From: Phoronis australis
Taxonomy: Eukaryota > Animalia > Phoronida
Reading direction: 5' to 3'
Length of the DNA stretch: 64,000 nt
Assembly (NCBI GenBank): GCA_002633005.1
Contig: NMRA01000213.1
Location: 361,485-425,484 of the forward strand
Shown piece after piece: positions 22,395 to 35,006 of this stretch. A model generated the notes under the pieces. It did no database searches, was not told the origin of the DNA, and was given only the letters and a program-made list of their open reading frames with translations. Numbering within the stretch: position 1 is the first letter of the stretch; every line of letters begins with the position of its first letter. The translations under genes and the position numbers were made by a program.

Positions 22395-25300
22395 AAGATT
22401 ATTGGTTTCTATATATAAACATAAAGATGGAATGTCAAGTATGTTCTGCCTTACAAATATAGCTTTGTCTCATGTTTTCTTTTATCATTTGCTAAGATTT
22501 CTCTGGCTATTCTGTTACAAGTGAGAGAAAATGACTGAAACCAGCCGCCTTACCGTCTATTTTGCCTTTCGACAAAGTGAAAAACAGTCCTTCACCAATA
22601 ACCTGAGAGAATTGAACGCCTCAATACAGAAAGTCAGCCCTTGTTATCCTTGATTGTAGACGCTGTTGCATTGGGAAAATTACAATTGTTTTTAACTGTG
22701 TTGTTCCTTTGTATGTATGTATGTATGTGGTTGTTCAGTTTGCCATTTTGTTTTTAAATACAGTGATTATTGTTTATTACCGAACTAACAAGTTAAAAAA
22801 TATCTTAGAACTTTTCAAAAGTCTTCTTAAGAAAGCTCTAAAAGAGTTACACATATGAACACATCAAATGCAAACAAAGCGAATACTTCGTTTTGATAAC
22901 CGGGCATTTCTATAGGTCACACAGGGAAATGACAATTCGCTAGCATAATTGGTTCTCAATTCAGCTTCATAAAAAAACAGCTCAACTGCACTGCATGGGG
23001 CTTTAAAACTGAAGAAATAGTGTGGTTTGAATATTTAGTGACAAACTTTCCTGTTATAGAAAAATTTATTCGACCATCAAAGTGTAACATTAACCTGTGT
23101 TCCACTGACTGTAAGACAATCAATGCAGTCACTAAATGCCATTTCCGAATAATGTGTACCAAATTGAATTTTTTTTCCATTGATATAAGTCTTTCTTCTG
23201 AAATCAAAAGTTATGTAGCTCAGTGAGAAAGGACAGGTATTTATACCAGATGCTTTTGTTCATTTCTCTGGGATCTAGTTTCATTGGACTTGGCTAAGAA
23301 CGGTCTATAAAAGCGCACTTTCGGCACGCGACTTTCCTCATTCAGCCTCAATGACATCTACAATTAGATCCATGAAAGTAAACACAACAGCACATCACTT
23401 GACTCGATTTGTGCCCAAATTCTGACCATGAACTAGACCAGATTGTCAATAGGTCTTCTTTTGCTTCAGTCCTCATGTTTCGTCCAGGAAAGGACATTTG
23501 CCGTTGTTGTCCACACATGACTCATTGCCTATAAAAAGGCATTTTATCTCAACAGTGGCATCCTCACCAACGAGGCTAGCTGATGTAGCAGTCAGATATA
23601 GTGCCTCTTCACACACACACAATCCACTGGCACATTTCCTTATGGTAACTTAGTGCTGCGATTCATATTTCTCCTGGGCCACTGGCTTGTACATTGTGTT
23701 ATGCAGCACTGCTGGTGTGTGGACATGCTATGGGAAGAAAAACGAGGAACAAAGCTTGTCTATGTTGCGGCTTGAACTGGCCTTAAAATGTCGTTGAAGC
23801 TGGAACAACTATTGAAGCACGAATACTTAAATACTTCATGTTGGGTCAAAAATGTTGCCCCTGTTTTTTAAAATATGATTTCAGACACAATTAAATAATT
23901 AGTTTTTCCAGACAGCATGGGTGTCTGTGTTTTTCATCCCTATCCATAACATATACTTGCCTGCAAAATATGCAAGTTATTTGAGACAAATTCAGGTGTG
24001 GCAAACCCTTTTCATCCAATTTCAGGCCTTTTGGTTTTTGATACTCTCATTAATTTTAAACACTGACAACAGTTTCATGGGTCTGTCAAGCACCCTTATG
24101 ATCTAAGGCTGGCTGAGGAAGCGTTTCTCAGATTTTTCGATTTTTCTTCTAATAGAAGATACATGTATGACGACATGGGTCACTTAAAAATGATGTATAC
24201 TCTTTCTGTTGTTTAAGAGTAATTAAAATCCTAAGGCACCACTGTTTACGTAATGGCAGTAAGACGAATATGTTCAAATACCACCTCACTCCTATGTTCA
24301 CAGCAAAAATCAGTGCAATTTTCACAAAAATGACAGAAATATGAATTTATAAACAACAATTCAAGGCATGGATTTAGACTGTTTAGTTATTGAGAATTCA
24401 GAAAATGAATGTTAAGGATTACCTCACCATTATCTTTTCCCGGGACACTATTACCTGTTATTTCCACACATTCAGTTGCACCAAATTTTACAACAAACTC
24501 CCCTATGCCAACCACCCGCTAAGGGCCTCAATAAGTAATTTAACAACAGAATTTCATACCTTTATTTGAAAATAACTGTCCCTTTTCAGTTAATGCTTTG
24601 TTCTTTATTTACTCATATAGAAAGTAGGCTTTGACAATAGATCTGCTGTGGATAGTAAGATCTTGCTGACTAATTGTAGTCACCTGCTTAAAACCAATTT
24701 TTGTCCATTCAAGGACGGTTGCAGAAGCGATGCTTATCTCCTCTGCATGATACCAGCCCTCAAGGTTAAAAACCAAAGGTCAGGTGGAAATAGACAGAAT
24801 ATGTTTCCATGCCAACGTGCAATAGATTTCAGGATGACATAGGATAGGGAGCAAGCAAATAGTCTAATGGATATTTGTCACGAACACTTTGGGCTTCGAT
24901 TGTAATCTTACCACACTATTAACCAGTATCTAGTTGACAGCATAAACATTTTAGCATTGATTAATGTAACAATCACTGATAAACCTGTTAGAAATCATTC
25001 CAAACAATAATAATACTGCTTTGACGTACGAAAAGACACCGAGTGCTACGTCAAGTATCGTAACACAAATCACAAGTCAACAAACAACGATTAACTTGAC
25101 GGGCTACTGTCGCGAAGTCGACATCGGCCAGTACCACAGTTAACAGGGATTTTAGTTTTGTAACCGTGGAATAATCGTTAAAAAATAAGCACAAACCTTA
25201 CCTTTCTATAAGGTTATGTTTACTCCCTCTCGTAGAAGCACCCAGATTTAATTGGCACGGGTGCAAGACATTTCACCGTATATTAAATGGCTCGCGAAAT

Positions 25301-25700
25301 CGAGGCTGTCTACCACCACTAGTACACGCGCGCCCTCTAGTATACTGTAAAGATTGTCGAATAGCCCCATTATCTGAGTGAGGAACGTGTGCTTAAGAAT
25401 TCAGATGCTAAGAGATAACGTTAAGGTGGTGGTCAAACCTGGTGATAGATTTGATGTAGTTATTTATTATCAGAATATAATGTCACTCTCCTTGTCATGA
25501 AAACCAATCCAGTCGCGAAAGGTTGCGACCAGCGGCCAAATGTCTTAGTCCTCATTCTCGAGACCAGCGTTACTTTGGACACACGATGTGTTCTCGCGCG
25601 ACGGTTGTCCATGCACTTGCAGGGGGCAACCATTCAAGATCATTTTGTACACCAACATTGCCAAAAAATAACTAGGCAAAAAAAGTATTAACTAGTTAAT

Positions 25701-27651
25701 ATACCACCTGACCCTCAAAAAATTGCACCAAAAGGTTTTACAGTAGTTTTATGCTCTACAGGGTATTATTATTAACGGAAACAAGGTTTACCGAAATCTG
25801 ACCACCGGAAATGGGTAAAAACTGCGTCATAGCCATCAAATACAACAGTGGCTGCCTCATAGTGCTTTGCCGTGATGTCAGCATATGCTCCGGCAATTTT
25901 TCCATACACTGTACGCATCTCCTTTCTTCCATTTGAGCTGGTGGAGTAAAGATTTCCCATCAAGCACATGCCTTTCAGTCTGAAGGTGTGGAAAGTTGTG
26001 CTTCATCACGTGCATAGCCTTGGAACATCGGTTATAAACGCGTTGAGCCAGTTGAGGTTTGTCAGCCTTCCTCAAGATCAGGTTGTCCTCAAAGAGGGAC
26101 TGTCGGTGTGGACTTAGCTCGAAACTCACCACTTCCCGTCAAGAGACAAGTCATCTGAACGGGATTCCACCAGGAATCGCTGGAAGAGTAAGCTAGGACC
26201 GATGGTTCTGTCAGGACCCATCTGGACAGCAGCTGCGTTTCCTTGGGTAATAGCTTCCTCTCTCTTCTTAAAAGAGAAAGAAAACACAGGTTGTCGAACT
26301 ATTCTCTCGATGATTTTGTTCCCAATAGATTCATATCTACATGTATGCACGCTGACGAGTGCGTTGGCAACAACACCATTGATGACACTGAGTTGCGCAG
26401 GATCTGAGGAGAAGGGTGAAACTGCGTTCAGCTTTGCGCTTATCTTCGCAAGGTCACATGCACCTCTTTCAATTCTGGCACCAGTTGCTTCTTTGTGTTG
26501 TTCGCTTGTTGTGTAAGTGAGGTCAGTCACTGAAGTCCTGCAAGGCGATGTTCACCTCTGACGTTACGGGGACCGAAACTGTCCACAATACTCGCTGCTC
26601 CTCTGCCATCTTACCGCAATGAGTCAAGCCGGCTGTGCTTTTCAGCGATTGCATTTAGTAATTTGTTCAATGACTAGATAATAGCTGAGGCCTGCCAAAA
26701 CTGATCTGGTTTGTTCGCCGAATCACATGAAAACCATTTTTGAAACTTCGCAAACACATCTGGATGTTTGCTCTCCATATCAGCCATTTCTTGTAGGCAG
26801 AGGTAAGCGGATTTCAGGTGGTTTTGGTGTCCAGCTGCAGCGAGGCATCACCAACAACTTGCAAGTGTTCATTCCAAGACCGAGTGCGATCTGCCTTGGT
26901 TATTGTCTTAGCAGTCTGGAGAATCTTCAGACCAGCCACAGCTGACTCGTTTTGGAGTGTGTACTAAGTTCAGACTTCTTCTTCTCAAGATTGTCGATGA
27001 CCTACGCAACTGGGGCTGATTGTGAGGCACTTGAGATAGATGTTGATATTTTGCCCTGGGCTTCTAGATTTTTGTGTGGATTTTTTAAATAAAAACCATT
27101 GACAAACAAATGTTATATACACTAGACAATGTTTGTGACTTTTATGCAGGCCAAAGCTTTGGATTAAATATTTGACAGCTTGAATATTAATGCAATGTCC
27201 ATATTTAAAAATAATTCAGTCAGAATTCAGTCAAATCTAAATGTTTTAAGATAATTCAATCAGAACTAGTCACATTATCATTCTTTCGTAATGTGGGATA
27301 TGACATTAAATAAGGGAATCATCATTGATTTTTCGTTCTTGAAGTTTAGCCGCCATCTTGAATTTCATATCTAATAATGATCATATCTTAATTATAACCA
27401 CACCAGTGAGTTGCTCACCCCTTAAAACCATACAAAAGGACCAAAATTGTTGTCTCTATCACAAATATTGAAGAAGTTACATCTATTTTGAATGATTTCA
27501 AAACGTCGTGGTGGCCATCTTGGAAGTGACGCAGTTTTAACCCATTTCCGCTGGATTTTGGTAGACATTTTTCCTGTTCAAAAGTGAACCCAGTAGAGCA
27601 TAAAACTACTGTAAAACCTTTTGCTTCAATTTGTTGTGGGTCGGGTGGCTA
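25701..27651 (-). mobile_element. Academ-like DNA transposon, internally deleted
   Basis: ~65-bp TIRs (ccacctgaccctcaaaaaattgcaccaaaaggttttacagtagttttatgctctacagggt and its reverse complement ending ..gggtggcta). Fragmented minus-strand ORFs TTSEQHKE..ARIERG, LLFQRFL, FELSPH..SLFE...LRKADK, VLDG..LLH...W, TVVFDGY resemble the XPG-like region. Confidence 0.75.
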
Positions 27652-27909
27652 TTTGTCATAAATTGACTCGTTCAATACCAGATCATCATTCGCCATGTTG
27701 AAAGTGACACATATCTGCTAAAGATTTTGGAATCACTATTGATCAGTCACGAAAAACCTATGTTGAATGAACAGCTCACAGGTGTGTATCTCACGCTGGC
27801 TCTGTTTCGATAGGGTTGTGGGTTTCCTACCGTATGTTGCATTCACACTCTCTGCTTGTTTACCTCTTTTCCCGCTGTTTGTGTATTTCACTGTTTATTT
27901 CGCTACGTC

Positions 27910-28110
27910 ATATGTTCATTCCACTTATTGCCTGATGATGAAACATGCAGTCTCGAAATATATCTAGTGTTTTAATTTGTTTGTTTGTTATGTCTCTCGG
28001 TGTTTTGCTACACAGCTGCACACCTGAAGAAATGAGATTTTTCCGACACTGCGATCGAATCAGTATCAATACTTCAAACAAAAAGTTTAGTCGTGTTTTG
28101 AACGACGTTT
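27910..28110 (+). mobile_element. Penelope-type repeat fragment with hammerhead-like core
   Basis: CCTGATGATGAAACATGCAGTCTCGAAATATATC at 27931-27964. The block is homologous to both arms of 40528-40872. Confidence 0.55.
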
Positions 28111-28798
28111 AAAGTCCTTCTCTCAAACTGCCCATGTGGTTCCAGTATCCGAAAATACTTACTACATAAATTCTTATTTTCGACACCCTTTCTTTATATT
28201 CTTTTCGCCTTTCTTGCCAAAAGCGATTTTTAACAGTATTTGACCCTTCTCTCCGAGCGTATGATTACCGGTTGTCATCGGTTATTTCCGTACCCACATT
28301 TCCGGCTCATCAGTTCAGGAACTTGTCCTGAACGCTGGCATTTTTTCTTTGTAACTGAATGTGCTATGGCTTGCTTAAAAAGTCTTCATTATTTTGTTTT
28401 ATTAGTAATATATCGTGATTCGTTTGCATTTGTAGTGTATTTATAGTTTGTAGTTAGTGGTCGTTAATTTTTTTGGAATGTTACGCGTACTTAGTATGTT
28501 AAAATAGCATTGGTGTTTAGTTCCTTATGTAGGCCGGTCGAACCTAGGAACCAATATGGGTCGAACCAATTTTTTTCGGTTTTATTTTTTTAGTACATTC
28601 TATTCAGTAAGAATCGAAAAAAGTATCAAAATCGGGGCAAGCACTGTAAAGGTATTGCAAGTTTTGTGGCGAAATTTGGGTCACTTTGTTTGGATCGCAT
28701 CGGCCATATTGGAGGACAGCGGGATAAGTTACGAGTTTAAAACTTTGTGTAAATTGTTTTCGCCAACATATCTTTGCTTACTATTCTGCACGATTTAA

Positions 28799-31700
28799 GA
28801 GTAACTCCATATAAAAACCAACAGGTAGAGTCTATACCCAAAATCACCGATTTTTTTGAAACTTAGCACATGAGTTTGGTTTGTTGAGATGTAGAAAAAC
28901 CTCACTTTTTAAGAATTTTCATTCATTATTTTTCTTTTTATGACCTGTACCTCTATTTTGCAACAAAATTGGGCGTCGAAGTAGGCATGTTTGAATGCAT
29001 TTTACTAGCATGTGTGGTGAGGTAAAAACAAATGAATAATACGAATTGAAAGGGTAATGGCTGAATCATTTAATGGCATAACTTTCAAAATCCATTTTTA
29101 AATTTGTACGTTTTGAATTAGTGAGGCAAAAATGACTATTTTTCAGGTTTTCACTGAAGCCATTTTCGGCCAAATTTGGCACTCTGTAGCAGCCATAACG
29201 CACCTTTCCTGAAATTGACTTTATAATAATTTGTTCAGTCATTCCTAACCTGTTCATAATCTAAAATAAAAAATCTTGCCTCTAATGTAGTTTTTGCGTA
29301 CGAAGCATTACACGAACTGCACTTCGTCCTTTTGCATGTTCTCAATTGCCTCTGCTGCCAATAGGGGGCTCTTGCGAAACACGACATAAAAACCTTGTAT
29401 TTTGGAGAAAAGGCAGCCAACATTACTAATTACCATTCTGAAAACGGCATTGATGATTATTGCTTATTACAAAAAATATGTACGTAAATCAACAGGTATG
29501 CGTGCTTCTAAATGATAGATGGCGCTGCTTTTGTTTACGTGGAGACTGAAGACGCATCTAGATTAAGAGCAGTAACACGAGGACCTAGCTATAATTTTGA
29601 AAACTTCGCGAGATATTGCTCTGCATTCTAAATGAGAACACGTGGTTTTAGATAATTTTAGAGAGGCTCTAGTGTTACTGAACTCACCCCTTCCTTGTTT
29701 TCTATCTGCCTTGTTCGTGCCACAGGCAAAGGAAGGCACCCAAGGTGGTGGCCCCTTAGTGTTCAGTGCAAATAGTCATTGTAACTTTGGGTTCATATTG
29801 TAATGGCCCTGCTCGTTGCTAGAAATTTCAGTCGCCACCAGTCGCCAGAAACCTAGTGTTCCACCCCCCACACACCGGCCACCCTAACGCTGAATATTTC
29901 TGCCAGTGTGATCATCAGTGGTATAAAAAGGTACACATTCAAAGTCAATAGAAAATAATTCACGAGAGACAATTTTGTTAATGACTCATTCATGACAGAC
30001 ATCAAGTAAACAGAAGTAAAGGTTTCGACTTCATATATCACACATCTTTGACTGGAATGCTACAAAACTAGGCTAAACGTTGAGCTCATTTACCACTTCA
30101 TTCAGTAAATCTGACGACATAACAGCATCTTCAGCAGAAATAGCATCGTCATAAACATTGCTGCAGACAATTTCGAAAAAATCCACCAATCTGCGATTCA
30201 CTTAACAGCACAGGTAAATACTTTCTCATTGGGTTCTCGTAATGTTTTCTCCATTTTGGCACTTCCGAGGATGAACGTTTTTACCTGACTTATCTCCTTC
30301 ATCGAATATGTTCGTCAGAATGTTCTTAACCTTTGCTGAAAATCTTGTTGACCTTTTACCTTTTTTCAATGCCTAACCTATTGCTTCAGGATTCGTCTCA
30401 TCCAAATACTATCAAATAAAACTCTGAGGCTGCCTCAAATGACGCTCCGGTTCTTGCATCTGAAAGCATTTCTGACCACTGTCGTGCGATGTGGTCATAC
30501 ATGTACGTGGTTTCCCTCTGTAAATGTTCAATGTGGTTACCCACATCCAATGCTGACCTAGTACTGCGTCTGTAGCAAAAATTTCGAGTAACCTTGCTGG
30601 GTACAACCCTCATGAAAAAGCTTCAGGAAATTCTAATCCCAAAAGCCAGTGAGAATCTCATTGGATTAAAGTTAGATTCCAGTGAGAATCTAACTAATTA
30701 AAATGCCATTTAAATTAGTGAGAAAAAATTCTCACTCTAGTGAGAATACAGTGATATTCCAGTTAGAATTCAGTGAGAATCTAACTAATTTGCATAGCAT
30801 TCCCAGTCAGTGAGAATTTGTCTTACAGAAATTCTCACTCAGTAGGAATGCTATGCAAATTAGTGAGAATTTGTGTTATTGAAATTCTCACTGAGTGAAA
30901 ATCTCACTGGGTGAGAATTTTGAACTTAGAAAATTTTGTGTGTGCCTTTTATACAGACACTGACTGCATAGATGAGAGATCAAAGCTTTTTTGGTAACCA
31001 AAACACTGCTTATTTTGTGAGTTTATATTGAAATTAGATTAAGGATACAATAATTGTGAAACATAAAAGACATAAACTAACAACAATAATGCCTTTGGTG
31101 AATCAGCAAAATATTGAAAATGCAGCTGTTAACACAGAATGAAGACATCAGTATAATACTGGTGCTTCATGCACTCTACTAGATGTATGAAATGTACTAA
31201 CCTTAAGCATGTTAACACATAAAATCAGTCCAGGGTCCCCTCTAGTTGACTTGCAGACAAACTGTTCAGTAATTTCACAATATTTGTGAGAGAAACATCA
31301 ACAATCTTCAAGCTATTTCTCCAACTGCTCATTCCTGGTGTCATTTTAGTTTGAAATTCAGAAATCTGGTTCAATGTGAAATTTTCCACAGTTACAGCCA
31401 ATCAGGGTGTTTGTTTTTCTTAAATTCTCACTGAATTCTCACTCCAATTTTGGCAAGTCTAAATATTCTCACTCAATTCTCACTCAGATTTTTTCTAAGT
31501 CTGAAATTCTCACTGATTCTCACTCAGAATTTTTCTAAGACAAAAACTCTCACTGGATTCTCAGTGTTACATAACATTTTCTCACTCATTCTCACTGACT
31601 GCCCCTGTTGTTCAACTCCCACTGGGTTCTCACTGGCATTTCTAACTATAATTGGTGATTTAGTGAAAATCTAACTGGAATCTAACTGGAATCCAGTGAG

Positions 31701-32470
31701 ATTCTCACTTTCTTTTTCGTAAGGGAAGGGAACTTTTCATGTTGAGGCTCTTCACTAGATACAATGCCAACCTTAACTCTTGGTGTTGAAAATCCGCCAT
31801 TCTAGAGAAGTTAGTGTAATTTAGAGAAATAGGTTTCCCATTTCCTCAGTATTTGTAAGAACTTACCGTCACCTACATGGAATGATTTCCACACGCGAAT
31901 ACCTTGGGTGGAATTGTGGAAATTTGGGAATGTGCTTATACCAGGAACTGAGTATTTTGGAAAAGACTTTGTTACATTAACTGAACATGCATACACATAG
32001 CATCCGTTCACACGACCAATGGAAGGTAATACTTCTTTCAAATCCAGAAAGTTTATGATATCGTTACCTTCGGCTACGAATTTGCATGTTGTTTGCGATC
32101 ACAGAGATCCTTTCCATTCTGACTTTCACTAAAATCATATCTCGAAACAGAAATGCCGGTAGAATTTGACAAGGCTGCTACGTTCAGGAGGAGAGGAGCA
32201 GAGCGGTAACATCCAGCATTACCTCACTCTTCCATGACTGGTCCTGTTCAGTCAGAAATTCACTGACTCTGGGAAGTACGAGTCCGTACTCTGGCACAGG
32301 CCTTGCTTTGTGAGGTAGTTTCCTGTATCTCAAATGTTCAGTGGTGTCTTTGACATAACTCACTAAAGCACAAAGCTTTTGTGATCGTATTTTTTGCAGA
32401 ATAAAATCTAAAGGAACATAAAGGCCCATCGACATCGTCCGCCGTCTTGTCTTTTTAAAATGCACTTGCT
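28799..32470 (-). mobile_element. Decayed large DNA transposon (Sola3-like, tentative) with a C2H2-finger-bearing ORF relic
   Basis: Minus-strand relics GRVNGCYVYACSV..VPGIS...GIRVWKSFHVGDGK and KFPCTQQG.SK.FATDAVLGQHLDVGNH. Possible terminus TTAA|GAG at 28795-28801. The other end was not found. Confidence 0.4.
30607..31725. mobile_element. Non-autonomous CCC..GGG TIR element (EnSpm/CMC-like) with GTGAGAAT/ATTCTCAC subterminal arrays and 2-bp AA TSD
   Basis: TIR ccctcatgaaaaag / ctttttcgtaaggg, flanked by AA on both sides. Many GTGAGAAT units on the left and ATTCTCAC units on the right. Confidence 0.8.
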
Positions 32471-33569
32471 TCTCTCAAAACCAGTCATTACAAATATCAA
32501 TTCTTACTCGTTCAATCTTAAAGGCATTTATTTCCATTTAAAAGTTCTACAGAGTGTTTAAATTAACCTGATAATGTAAAACAAATGAAAGAATACAAGA
32601 GGGTTACACGTACATTTTTTATGTATCCTCAAGCTTAACCTCAACTGACTCCCTCAGTGGGCAAAAGGTCATCGGGTTCAGTTTTGATACTAGCCGCGTA
32701 ATAAACCCGGAAAACATCTCGTTTTCATTTGAAAGAGTTTAGACTTGGATTCTATAAATATTTAAAGCAGACTNGTTGATACATTTTGACAAACGTTGCT
32801 ACAAAAAAGAAACTTTGTTCAATTTTCGTGTTTTTTGTGCAAAAATAGAAGATATATTCGAATTATTTCAGGTTATCAAGTCAACAATATGAATAATCTT
32901 AATTTGAGAAATAAGCTATGTTGGATTGTGAAGCTTCAAGCCTCTAATTCTTGTTCCTTGCAACTTCATATTTTTTAAATGATGCTTGTCAAATTCTGGT
33001 GTAAGGAAACACTATTCCGTCACCGTGGTAATAGTTACATGTATGTCCACTTTCATATCATGGAAACTGTTGCTGTTGAATAGTGTTTGTAATGCTAAAT
33101 GTTGTAAAGTATTGTGCATTTTAAGTTACTTATTATGTTGGGTTAATGAATAAAAATTGATAACATGTTGTATTGGACTTGTCATACTTAACGATAGTAA
33201 AAGATAGAGATTCCCAAAAATTCATAACTTCATACGTTCCGTTGTCTGAGCTTGTGCACGGCGCCTCTCTAGTATTTCTTCATCACTGTATTCCTGTTCG
33301 AATTGATAGCCTGTAAAACTTAACAATCCACCTGCGAAGTCGGGATTGATGAGCCGCTCTAGCTCGTCCTAAGTCGGGATTGCGAGTTGCCAAGTTGGCG
33401 TTTATTACTGAGCGTTCTGTTTCAAAATGAGTTATTCTCACCCTAACCAATACTTATATAAAAGTGAAACAAAGTCTGTCTCATTAGATGCAATTTGTAA
33501 TGCCTTTGGAGTGTTCGTGAGTGCACGAAATGATTTGAGAAGCCAGTAATGAATAAATCACTGCGTTAC

Positions 33570-34509
33570 CGGCTTTAGGTGCAATAAAACTAATTGATGG
33601 GACACCGCGAGGCCGTGTGAGCTGATGCTAATTTAGTGTTTGCTGGCAGAAACTTTTGTGAAACAACTCGATTTCCACCTCACGACCAGGTGTTAGGGGA
33701 ATCTTTATTTACATTTACATTACTCAAACAATGATTGCCAATGTACAACTTCTGCTCTGACGGTGTTTTGACCAAAGCAGAGCTGAATTCGCGGCCCCCC
33801 GCGAGCAAGTCGATTTGCAGTTTCGTGGCTAATTCACCAACATAATCACGTGCATATTACTTTGGCTCACTAGTATAGTATTTTCTTGACTGGAAGTTTA
33901 GTTTCCACTGAACTTTAGCTGGTTTGTTCGTGATGTCTGATCAGTTTCCGAGGACCTGGCCGGGATAGCGAGTCACTCAGGCCGGCCCCGATTGGCCTGA
34001 TCGGGCTCCGAGCCACTGGCCAGGATAACAAGCGTTTTGTGTTTAGAACTCAGAAAATCACAAGTCTAAACAACACAGATTTAGGTTCTCCTGTCTGTAT
34101 CTCACGGAAAATACTTCGAAATTGTCTCCGAACACACCCCAAACTCCTGCTACGGACCTGTTATTGGCCTGCCGAACTTTGCTACGGTGTGTCCAAATAT
34201 CAATAAATCCGTAAGAGCGAAAAGAAACAACACGTTTTTGCAAGAACTCGGTGTATTTTAAGGGTTTTACATCGAAGTTCGATGATTTATTGGTGCTAAA
34301 CGATGATTCCAAGCGATAAGGTGACACCACTAACCCCTGTTGTGAACTGCTGTACAGAACGCGTGCGAAACCGATGACGTATTTGGATAATTTCAACACC
34401 TTCGTCTGCCGTCAGGTGTCAGGTAACGCAACCGCACTTGTCGTTATGAGGTAGAACTACTCGATCTAAATTGATACAAATCAGGTTGTTTTTTGGTTGG
34501 CATGCTCCT
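33570..34509 (-). mobile_element. Possible Kolobok-like transposon relic
   Basis: Ends in ..GCATGCTCCT|TTAA. Weak minus-strand peptide remnants VGELATKLQ and ANTKLAS. Confidence 0.25.
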
Positions 34510-34945
34510 TTAACGTGAACAATGAACGTGGACGTTACTCACGATCGGGGTGATCGGAGTAAGGGATTGGGCATTAGTATCTAGAATGGGCGACCACGGG
34601 TGGGTAGCAAAAAGGTTTTGTGATCTGTGAATGTTAAAGAAATTCCCGTCACTCATAAAATCGATTATTTTCCACGTGCGAACCGTGATCCTAGCCCTCC
34701 CCCTTCACCCCTACATTAATTAGGAAATTAAGCGTTTGACTACATAATGGAAGTCACATCCCCACAATCGATCAAGATCAATTTTTCTACAATCCATTGC
34801 CGTCACAATCAATAGTTATTGGCCCACATGCACCTTGAGCATACATACATGTACATGTAAATATCGCACCTTGCTTCCTTGTATGCGTCAGAACAAAATG
34901 TGCACACAAAGACTCGCTCCATATCTTCTGTAACTAGATTCGAAA

Positions 34946-35006
34946 ATGAACACAGTGAAGTATTTAGCGATTTTCTTCTTGATGTATCCCTTCAACAGTC
35001 GTGATG
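34946..35006 (+). CDS. Mosaic lectin gene exon 1: signal peptide
   Basis: aaaATG start. MNTVKYLAIFFLMYPFNSRD followed by a phase-1 donor g|gtaagt. Joining to exon 2 gives ..SRDVEG-VVNGGW, a plausible signal-peptidase site. Confidence 0.6.

Larger units (their letters stand above)
19113..25368 (-). mobile_element. Decayed THAP+YqaJ (ISL2EU-like) transposon, copy B, inverted relative to copy A and interrupted by a LINE
   Basis: 19113-19926 plus 22395-24093 are reverse-complement homologous to ~8745-12915. THAP relic on + (~19230-19385: GGHKFP..DLRLLQV*RIAVKWV...W....HF). YqaJ relic on - (~23288-23800: TPAVLH..SGLCVCEEALYL...LVGEDATVEIKC). SAP-like exon GASTRGSKHNLIER|gtaag on - (25202-25271). 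Terminus CCACTAGTAC..AATAGCCCC|AT at 25360-25370. Confidence 0.65.

Noticed and set aside
30640-31710. Repeated GTGAGAAT units as a CRISPR-like array
   Set aside because: Units are 8-mers at irregular spacing, mirrored at the two ends of a TIR element with a TSD. The context is eukaryotic and there are no cas genes.
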